Assembly: GCA_022709905.1 (NCBI GenBank)
Contig: JAKLHY010000001.1
Location: forward strand, 77,463 to 141,462
Length of the DNA stretch: 64,000 nt
Direction: 5' to 3'
DNA from: Verrucomicrobiota bacterium
GTDB taxonomy: Bacteria > Verrucomicrobiota > Verrucomicrobiia > Limisphaerales > UBA1319
Shown here in pieces: positions 57,001 through 64,000 of the stretch. The number at the start of each line of letters is the position of its first letter. Position 1 is the stretch's first letter. The translations under genes were made by a program, and so were the position numbers. Below the pieces are notes generated by a model. That model worked only from the letters and a program-made list of their open reading frames with translations, made no database searches and was not told the DNA's origin.

Positions 57001-58475
57001 TATTCAATCAACAAACTCGAAAACCTAGCCTTCCATCCGTTCGGATTCCCGTTGTTTCAGGGTTCCAGATTAAGTCCTTTTTGATCCGAGGCGCCATGGG
57101 TCTGCTGATCGCAGGATCGATTCTCCTGCTGCAGGTTGGCTGTGGCAAAAAGGAGCCTGCTTCGAAGGTCGATACGCGTTCGCCACACAACACTTCAACG
57201 ACCGCTCAAGCCTCGGAAGGCCTCCCCAAAGCCTGTTGGCCCAGGCTCGATGACATCAGAAAAGCCGGTCATCCCGTATCGGCCGAGGAGCTGGACAAAT
57301 GGTACAGCCCAGTCGCCGCCGATGAAAATGCCGCCCGGATCTACTCCAAGGCGTTTGCCCTGTTGAAACGTCCGGAAGGCAAAGATCCCGCCCTTCCTAT
57401 CCTGGGCGGTGCTTCGTTGCCCAAACCATCCGATCCCATATCCCCCGCGATGGTCAAGGTTACCGGTGATGTCCTGTCTCAAAACCAGGCCGCCTTAGAA
57501 CTTCTCCACGAAGGCGCCAAGTTCCAGTTGTGCCGGTATCCGGTCGATCTCAAACTGGGTTCAGCCGCCACGCTTCCCCATCTGGCGGCTATCAAAACGA
57601 GCGCCCAAATGCTGAGTTTGCAGTCAATGGTGGCCGCGGAAAAGGGGGAACAAGATCAGGCCGTGAAGGCGATTCTTGCCGGATTAAGCCTGGCGAACTC
57701 GCTGAAGCAGGAACCGCTCCTGATATCGCAGTTGGTCCGCTTCGTGGCAGTGAACCTGACCGCAAATGCTCTGGAGCGGCTCTTGAACCGACACACTCTC
57801 TCCGACCAGCAATTACAGAAGCTGCTGGCAGGCTTTGATTCAGTTGAGCAACCCGAGAGTATCACCCGCACCCTTATTGGCGAACGTTGCATGATCATCC
57901 ATGGCTTCGGGGATCTTCCCCGGCTGCTTCAGGAGTTCAAAAATCTGAAAGGTGGTTTGCCGCATTCCATTCCCGCTGATTACCAGAAACAACCCGTTTT
58001 CATCGAGGACTTCGAGATGGCGATGGACATTCTCGACGATCTGATTAGCGCCCGACAAAAACCGTTTCCCGAAAAACTCGAGGCCGAGGACCAGCTGGCT
58101 GTCGCGATTGCGGAGGCCCGAGAGAAAAAATTGTTGGTGACCGGAGTTTTTACGCCCGCTTTCAGCAGTCTGTTCACCAAGGAAGCTGAGTATACGGCCA
58201 CCGTGCGCCTGGCTCAAACCGCGCTGGCCCTGGAGCGATATCGGTTGGCCCACCAGGATGCCTTGCCCAAAGCCCTGGACGAATTAACGCCCGCCTTTGT
58301 CAAATCGGTGCCTCAAGACCCGTTCACCGGTAAACCGCTTTCCTTCAAGTCGCGTCTTCAAAAAAACTATGTGCTTTATAGTGTTGGCAAAGACTTGACA
58401 GATGACGAAGGCGCTGAAAAGCAGGCCCGTCCCACCGACGCCCACTACGACATCGCAATCGGTGTCGCCAGATAG
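56997..58475 (+). CDS. Hypothetical membrane-anchored/secreted helical protein
   Basis: ATGA overlap with the coaD stop. N-terminal TM segment (GLLIAGSILLLQVGCG, possible lipobox). Helical-repeat body. C-terminal ...YVLYSVGKDLTDDEG, reminiscent of pseudopilin-like C-termini. Confidence 0.55.
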   Translation: MIFNQQTRKPSLPSVRIPVVSGFQIKSFLIRGAMGLLIAGSILLLQVGCGKKEPASKVDTRSPHNTSTTAQASEGLPKACWPRLDDIRKAGHPVSAEELDKWYSPVAADENAARIYSKAFALLKRPEGKDPALPILGGASLPKPSDPISPAMVKVTGDVLSQNQAALELLHEGAKFQLCRYPVDLKLGSAATLPHLAAIKTSAQMLSLQSMVAAEKGEQDQAVKAILAGLSLANSLKQEPLLISQLVRFVAVNLTANALERLLNRHTLSDQQLQKLLAGFDSVEQPESITRTLIGERCMIIHGFGDLPRLLQEFKNLKGGLPHSIPADYQKQPVFIEDFEMAMDILDDLISARQKPFPEKLEAEDQLAVAIAEAREKKLLVTGVFTPAFSSLFTKEAEYTATVRLAQTALALERYRLAHQDALPKALDELTPAFVKSVPQDPFTGKPLSFKSRLQKNYVLYSVGKDLTDDEGAEKQARPTDAHYDIAIGVAR

Positions 58476-58487
58476 CGGAGGCACTCG

Positions 58488-58903
58488 ATGGAACGGACTG
58501 GGATCACAAGACGCCGCTTCTTGAAGTGGTCGATGGCTGCCTCCGGATTGGGGTTCAGTATCGGCCTTTATACCTGGCGTTATGAGCCGCATTGGATCGA
58601 ATTGACCGAGCGGACTTTGCCCCTGTCAAATCTCCCAGGCAAGTTGGCCGGCAAATGCTTGGTGCAATTAAGCGACCTGCACATCAAGGATGGATCCTGT
58701 GCGGTCACACCCATGGGGGACAATGCAAACCGCCGTTCCTCCCACCGCCTCTGCTCCCGGTGCGAAACCGAAAGTATACAGCCGGTTTTTTTGAATTGAA
58801 TGGCCATCGTCGGATGTACATCAGCCGTGGCGTGGGCCATTTGCTGCGAGTCCGATTCAACGTCCGTCCGGAAATCACCCTCTTTCGCTTGGAGTCGGCC
58901 TGA
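58488..58903 (+). pseudogene. Metallophosphoesterase (YkuE-like) remnant with an internal out-of-frame deletion
   Basis: Frame 1 gives the Tat-like N-terminus plus ...RYEPHWIELTERTLPL...LVQLSDLHI. Frame 2 gives the extreme C-terminus ...LCGHTHGGQ...YISRGVG...RFNVRPEITLFRLES. The catalytic core in between is missing, with the junction at about 58685-58700. Confidence 0.7.
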
Positions 58904-59389
58904 GACCGTTTACGAAAGACTGAAAAAGCCTGGCGGGCATCTGGCACTGCAACGACCAAAGCGCCAAGCACCAGCGACGACATCCCCTGCGGCCCCTTTG
59001 CCAACGTCCATAGAAAGCCAAGCACAGAAGCAGTGGGCTGAGGCGCATAAACGCAAATTGAATGAATGTATTCCGGATAATTATCGCGTCCTGCTCGAGA
59101 ATTACTACACAATGAAACTCGGTCAAATATCAACCGCGTTGAACAATCTTCAAAGGCCACAAGAAGAAGTCCTCAAGGAGCAGCGTGAGGAGTCCGATCG
59201 TCTTATCGAGGAAATGCGTGCGCGAGGTCAGTTCACACCGAGGCCCGACAGTCAGTAATGTTTCATGCGATAACGAAGAACTTGTCGGTGCAGCCCGTAC
59301 CCAAACAGTATTCCTGATCGTCGAAGGGGATCTTGTGGATTTCTGGGTCACGCATTTGCAGCGCATTGACGAATAGCCGGGATGATGCC

Positions 59390-59671
59390 CTTAAGGGTCC
59401 GTGCAAAAATAACTTCCGATTTTGGCGGGAGCGCCGCCGGGTCAGATGCTAGGCGCGTGGGCGAGAGTGTATCCTCGGTGATACTCGACCGTCCACGCAA
59501 CAACGCAGATGACCCGGCGGCGCCCCGCCCCGGAGGGCTGCGAGGCTTTGGCTCGCTGGCTTCGTTACTCCTCGGTCAGAGACCCCTGCGGGTATCTTCC
59601 CTCGTCGAGCCTCGCCAGCGAGCCAAATCCTCAGCAGCAAAATCGGAATTTATTTTTGCACGGACCCTAAG
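59390..59671. repeat. ~280-bp nested imperfect palindrome (MITE-like element or structured RNA)
   Basis: Outer arms 59390-59423 and 59639-59671 are near-perfectly complementary. Inner hairpin A pairs 59424-59449 with 59505-59529. Inner hairpin B pairs 59542-59560 with 59614-59632. Confidence 0.65.
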
Positions 59672-59970
59672 ACTGGAACTGCGCCCCTGCCTAAGGCCGC
59701 ACCGAAACTGGGGCAGCGGGAATTGTGTGAACCGCAGATGACACCGATGACCGCAGATTGCAAATCAGTTCTTGATAAGAACTGACCCCGCAGCCCTGGG
59801 CTGAACCTGAACCGCGTCACTCACTTTCATTGGGAGGCTCATCATCCAGGATCAGCTGCCATGTCGCTTCGGAGCCAGGAGATTCAATTTTTTTCATTCC
59901 AAAGGCGCGGAGGCGGGAACAAGAAACCAGGAGTCTGAGGCTCATGCTCGTATTCCATCCCTCGTGGACC

Positions 59971-61023
59971 TCAATCGGCTGCCGGAAACTCGAGCGAGAA
60001 GCAGGCGCCTCCCCATTCACTGACCTTGGCCTGGACGGAACCCTCATGGGCGCGCATCACGTTGCTGACGATCAGCAGCCCAAGACCCGTTCCCTCTTTG
60101 GATCCCGTGTTTCCATTCGCGGGATTCGCCGCAGTCGCTCCAGGCCCAATCGTTCCTGACAGTCCGGGTCCGCTGTCCGAAACATTGAGGGTGATGCGTC
60201 CCGGCGCGCTTTTGCTCAGTTCTAACAGCACCCGCCCCTGGGGAGGCGTAAAGCGCAGGGCGTTATCCAGCAGGTTCGCGATCGCTTGCTCGATCAATCT
60301 TGGGGCGCCTTGGATCCGATACGGCCTGGTGTCCATGCGTGTTTCCAGGCGGATATTGGCCGCCTCGAACGCGGGACTGATTTGTTCCGCCAAATCGAGA
60401 GCGATTGTGGCAAGATCCAATGGCTCGTAAACATCCCGGAGATCTTCACGCGCCAATCGCGCCAACAACAGCAGCTGATCTACCGTGTGTCCAAGCCGGT
60501 GCGCGTCCTCGATCATGCGCCCGATGGTTTCCTGATACTCCAGAACAGACCGTTCTCTCTGCAAGCAGACCTCCCCCGATGTCCGCAAGGATGCCAGCGG
60601 ATTCCGCAATTGGTGCGCCGCATCGAGACTGAAACGATCAACTCGCTCTAAAACCCTTTGATAATTGTCAAAAGCCTTGTTAAGCGTGACTGCTAGTTGT
60701 CCCAATTCATCGTCCGCCACCGGGGTTTTAATCCTCTGATCCAAACCGCCCCGCCCGATTTCCCGGGCCGTCCGTATCATGGAGCGAAGCGGACGGATCA
60801 ACTGGTCGCTCACAATCCACGCCCCGCCCACGGCCACAGGCAGTATGGCGGCCATTAAACCGTAAATGATGAACAACTCCTCCCGTTCTTCTTCAACTTC
60901 GTCAGGATGCTCCCGACGCTCGTGCAGGTTGAAGGCATACAACGCCCCCCCAAGGGCAAGGTAAATCGCTGCCACAAGAGCCATCAGCCAGAGCATGAGC
61001 TTCGTTCTCAGACTCAGGGACAC
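59971..61023 (-). CDS. Sensor histidine kinase (TM - HAMP - HisKA - HATPase_c), partner of the OmpR-type regulator
   Basis: H-box AAHQLRNPLASL, N-box NLLDNALRFT, G-boxes DSGPGL and GTGLGLLIV. A GTG start at 61023 overlaps the regulator stop by 10 nt. The track ORF extends to 61323 through the regulator gene. Confidence 0.85.
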   Translation of the reverse strand: MSLSLRTKLMLWLMALVAAIYLALGGALYAFNLHERREHPDEVEEEREELFIIYGLMAAILPVAVGGAWIVSDQLIRPLRSMIRTAREIGRGGLDQRIKTPVADDELGQLAVTLNKAFDNYQRVLERVDRFSLDAAHQLRNPLASLRTSGEVCLQRERSVLEYQETIGRMIEDAHRLGHTVDQLLLLARLAREDLRDVYEPLDLATIALDLAEQISPAFEAANIRLETRMDTRPYRIQGAPRLIEQAIANLLDNALRFTPPQGRVLLELSKSAPGRITLNVSDSGPGLSGTIGPGATAANPANGNTGSKEGTGLGLLIVSNVMRAHEGSVQAKVSEWGGACFSLEFPAAD

Positions 61024-61697
61024 GGCTCCTCCTTTAACAGGAAACCGACTCCTCGAACAGTGTGCAACAGCCGCGCCGGCTGCCCTTTGTCCAGCTTCTC
61101 CCGCAGACGCGAAATATGCACATCGATCGCGTTGTCCAGAGATGCTGTCCACGCGCGCTGATGCCAGATTTCGCGCGCCAGCATCTCCCGCGTCACCACG
61201 CTTCCCTGGGCGCGAACCAAACGCACCAACAGGTCGTATTCCCGCGCTGTTAATTCGAGCGCCTGGTTCGCTCGGGCCACCCGGCGAGCCACGGGGTCGA
61301 TTTCTAGATCGCCCACACGCCATGTCCCACTGCCGCGCTGTTGCGTTCGGCGCAGGAGCGCGCGCACCCGCGCCAATAACTCGACAAAGGCATAGGGCTT
61401 GACCAGGTAATCATCCGCTCCTCCCTCCAAACCGCGTAGGCGATGATCCAGTTCGCCGCGCGCGGTCGTGATGATCATCGGTGCTTCGGGCGCCCGTTCC
61501 CTCAAAACCTGAATCAGATCCAATCCATCCCCGTCCGGCAGTCCCAAGTCAAGAACCACCAGATCGACCGGCTCCTCCAGCCGCTTCTTGGCAATCGCCA
61601 CAGTTGAGGCATGAACAACCTCAAAACCGCTCTCGGCGAATCCCTGAATCAGGTTCTTCGCGAGACTGACATCATCTTCCACCACGAGCAACTTCAT
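61014..61697 (-). CDS. OmpR/PhoB family response regulator
   Basis: MKLLVVEDD, DLVVLDLGLPDGDG, GADDYLVKP, and a winged-helix C-terminus (LTAREYDLL..L.......TR......W). Confidence 0.9.
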   Translation of the reverse strand: MKLLVVEDDVSLAKNLIQGFAESGFEVVHASTVAIAKKRLEEPVDLVVLDLGLPDGDGLDLIQVLRERAPEAPMIITTARGELDHRLRGLEGGADDYLVKPYAFVELLARVRALLRRTQQRGSGTWRVGDLEIDPVARRVARANQALELTAREYDLLVRLVRAQGSVVTREMLAREIWHQRAWTASLDNAIDVHISRLREKLDKGQPARLLHTVRGVGFLLKEEPCP

Positions 61698-61783
61698 CCG
61701 GATCCGCAATCTTACAAAATCTTAAGGCAACCTAATTTGAACATTTCCATTCGGTAATGGACTATACACCCGGTGGTCAACAG

Positions 61784-62434
61784 ATGACAACACAAAGCCC
61801 ATTCTTGCGCGCATCGCTCACTGCCGTTCTGGTCCTGTATGCAGGCGCCTTCCCGCTCGCCGGCGAAAGCCCTGTCACGATCGGGGGCACGAATGCGCCC
61901 GCTCGCGAACAGCCTCTTTCCGCGGTGGCGCAGATTGTGTTCCGCGGCACGTCAACGCTCCACGATTTCGAGGGGCGCGTCACAACTCAACCTTTTGCGT
62001 TGTTGCTTGCCACGAATGCCTGGTCCGCTCAGGCGGAGGTTTTCGGGGGGGAAATGACAACGGCCAATGATCGGCGGGATCGCAACATGTGGATGATGCT
62101 TGATACAAACACATACCCTCGTCTTTCAGGAGCTGTTCGCAACGCCCCGTATCCTCCACCAGGCGGAACGAATATCCTGCTCTCGCTTCGCATTCGCGGC
62201 CACCAGCTCGACTTGCCTGTCACCATCGCCAACTGGTCGGAGACGCCGGACGCGGTGCGATTTCATGCCGAATGGATCCTGTCGCTCAAGGACTATGGTC
62301 TCAAATCGCCATCGGTCCTGGGTATCATTCGGGTGGGCGACACGGTGCGTCTCAGTGCCGACGTCACGGCAACGAAGTCCGGGTCCGCGACTGGATCAAG
62401 CCGGACGAGTTCCTCGGTGGTTATACAACCATGA
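61784..62434 (+). CDS. YceI-like (polyisoprenoid/lipid-binding beta-barrel) secreted protein
   Basis: Signal peptide and the FRGTSTLHDFEGRV motif typical of YceI. Its stop overlaps the PKS ATG (ATGA). Confidence 0.7.
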   Translation: MTTQSPFLRASLTAVLVLYAGAFPLAGESPVTIGGTNAPAREQPLSAVAQIVFRGTSTLHDFEGRVTTQPFALLLATNAWSAQAEVFGGEMTTANDRRDRNMWMMLDTNTYPRLSGAVRNAPYPPPGGTNILLSLRIRGHQLDLPVTIANWSETPDAVRFHAEWILSLKDYGLKSPSVLGIIRVGDTVRLSADVTATKSGSATGSSRTSSSVVIQP

Positions 62435-63591
62435 AAACTTATATTCACCAAATTGAAACGCTGCTTCCGTCTTACACGGCGCCTCAGAATGTCATTGCCC
62501 GCCAATTGGGGGCCTGGTCGGGGGATCCCGCCACCGCGCGACTGATACGCCATGTGTTTCTAAAATCGGGCATCGAGACACGGCACAGCGTTATTCCGGA
62601 TTTCACGATGCCCGACCAGGCCGAGCTGTTTAGCGAGGATTCACAAGGTCATGTGAACGAGCCCTCCACCCAGGAACGGAACCGTTGTTTTGCGCGTCAT
62701 GCCGGACCTATGTCCGTGGAACTGGCGCGGCGGTTGGTCGACGGCCGTTCCGGGTTCGCACCCGGGGATATCACTCACGTCATTACGGTTTCGTGCACAG
62801 GCTTTGTCAATCCCGGGCCCGACTACCGAATCGTGACGGAACTGGGACTGCCGGCGACCGTTGAACGATATAACCTCGGTTTTATGGGCTGTTACGCGGC
62901 CCTGCCGGCGCTTCGGATGGCTCAGCAGTTCTGCCAGGCGCGCCCCGACGCCGTGGTTCTGGTCGTTTGCATCGAGCTCTGCTCGCTCCATATGCAGATG
63001 AAATCCACGCCCGATTCCATCCTGGCCAATGCCTTGTTCTCCGACGGAGCCTCGGCTGCCCTCGTAAGTGCCAGGCCGCCCCGGCCCGGACACGCCGCCC
63101 TGGCATTGAATCATTTCTGCTCCGCCATCGCGGCCGAAGGCGTTTGCGACATGGCTTGGGAAATCGGGGAGAAGGGTTTTAACCTCGTCCTCTCCTCTTA
63201 TGTGCCCGATGTGATTGCCGCGAACGTGGGCCGAATCGTTGGAGATTTGCTTTCAAACCATGAGCTGGAGATATCCAGTGTGCCGCTTTGGGCGGTTCAC
63301 CCGGGAGGCAGGGCTATCCTCGACAAGGTGGAGGAATCTCTGGGGCTTGAGCCCTGGCAGTTGGAGGCATCCCGGGATGTCCTGCGGGAATGCGGGAACA
63401 TGAGTAGCGTCACCATCTTATTTGTTCTGAAGCGGATGCTGGCCAAACACGGACGCGAATCTGCGACGCTGGCTGCGATGGCTTTCGGTCCTGGACTCAC
63501 CATCGAGACGGGGCTCTTTGAGATGGTACCGGCCTCGAGAAACCATGTCGGCAAGTTGGCGGACGAAGAACTGATTGAGGTATGCCCATAA
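62431..63591 (+). CDS. Type III polyketide synthase (chalcone/stilbene synthase superfamily)
   Basis: Catalytic Cys context VITVSCTGFVNPG, His context WAVHPGGRAILD, Asn context GNMSSVTILFVL. ATG at 62431 (track ORF starts at 62272, inside the YceI gene). Confidence 0.88.
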   Translation: MKTYIHQIETLLPSYTAPQNVIARQLGAWSGDPATARLIRHVFLKSGIETRHSVIPDFTMPDQAELFSEDSQGHVNEPSTQERNRCFARHAGPMSVELARRLVDGRSGFAPGDITHVITVSCTGFVNPGPDYRIVTELGLPATVERYNLGFMGCYAALPALRMAQQFCQARPDAVVLVVCIELCSLHMQMKSTPDSILANALFSDGASAALVSARPPRPGHAALALNHFCSAIAAEGVCDMAWEIGEKGFNLVLSSYVPDVIAANVGRIVGDLLSNHELEISSVPLWAVHPGGRAILDKVEESLGLEPWQLEASRDVLRECGNMSSVTILFVLKRMLAKHGRESATLAAMAFGPGLTIETGLFEMVPASRNHVGKLADEELIEVCP

Positions 63592-63610
63592 ACCCGGGAG
63601 TGGATTAACC

Positions 63611-64000
63611 ATGGGCGCCCAGTCAACGGTATTCCCTGATCACCCGGAATCGTCTGCCGCCGACGTGATCATTGTCGGGGGCGGCCCTGTCGGTCTTTTG
63701 CTGGCGAACTTACTCGGAAGCGCCCATGTCCGGACGTGGGTGTTCGAAAAGCGGGAAACGCCCCTGGAGAGTTCCATGGCCATCGGTGTCACCCCCCCAT
63801 CCCTTGAGATCCTTAAACAGCTTGGACTGGATCAAGCCTTTAGCAGCGCGGGAGTGCCGGTGCGCTACGCCGAAGTTCATGAGTCGGGCACAAGACTCGG
63901 CCGGCTTGCCTTCGATCACTTGCCCTCCGACTATCCCTTCTTCCTCTCGATTCCCCAGGCTCGGACCGTGGAGATCCTGCGAGAAAGTCTTCGTAGATTT
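63611..64000 (+). CDS. FAD-dependent monooxygenase, N-terminal part (runs off the window)
   Basis: An ATG at 63611 opens a frame to the window end. Rossmann motif DVIIVGGGPVGLLLANLLG, then ...SSMAIGVTPPSLEIL, typical of aromatic-ring hydroxylases. Confidence 0.75.
   Translation, partial: MGAQSTVFPDHPESSAADVIIVGGGPVGLLLANLLGSAHVRTWVFEKRETPLESSMAIGVTPPSLEILKQLGLDQAFSSAGVPVRYAEVHESGTRLGRLAFDHLPSDYPFFLSIPQARTVEILRESLRRF

Noticed and set aside
58800-59376. ORF 58800..59258 (+) with a charged coiled-coil-like tail, ORF 59130..59366 (-), and a 30-codon minus-strand ORF ending ...YCLGTGCTDKFFVIA at about 59262
   Set aside because: The first overlaps the phosphoesterase remnant and has no ATG until 48 codons before its stop. 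The others are short and carry no motif. The region is lower in GC and may hold gene fragments, but none could be supported.
59382-59741. ORFs 59382..59741 (+) and 59449..59640 (-)
   Set aside because: Both lie within the 59390-59671 palindromic element, and their Arg/Pro/Gly-rich translations are consistent with non-coding GC-rich stems.

Overview
High-GC bacterial chromosomal window, densely coded on both strands. The gene content looks like the Planctomycetes-Verrucomicrobia-Chlamydiae (PVC) group, possibly Verrucomicrobia: a giant PA14/Ig secreted protein, DUF1080, DUF1573, a GH140-like hydrolase and secreted proteins with FYRV-ending modules. This taxon call is inference only. No rRNA, tRNA, CRISPR array, transposase or integrase was recognised. 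Main blocks, in order: (1) an ABC ATPase tail plus a polytopic membrane protein; (2) a secreted LolA-like/S8 peptidase gene broken by one in-frame TAA; (3) cytochrome c, hldD-like epimerase, a 1349-aa AsmA-like protein and an M20 peptidase; (4) two diverged copies of a PaaK-like ligase plus ACT-protein module; (5) an 8.3-kb gene for a modular PA14/Ig/ConA-like/discoidin protein; (6) a sigma-54-type two-component pair; (7) a B12-radical SAM gene; (8) a hybrid kinase with a degenerate N-terminal receiver; (9) pyrR-pyrB; (10) a complete hoxEFUYH-hoxW-hypAB NiFe hydrogenase cluster; (11) ABC-F, GH140-like and Gfo/Idh/MocA genes; (12) a tightly coupled DUF1573-rhodanese-MauE/DoxX operon; (13) coaD; (14) a metallophosphoesterase gene gutted by an internal deletion; (15) an OmpR-type two-component pair next to a YceI / type III PKS / FAD-monooxygenase cluster that runs off the window. 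Unexplained non-coding structure: two ~280-nt nested imperfect palindromes (22013-22292 and 59390-59671), a 26-bp perfect hairpin at 4213-4268, and a 17-nt direct repeat with a sigma-54-like motif upstream of the kinase operon. All functional calls come from reading motifs by eye; no database search was run.
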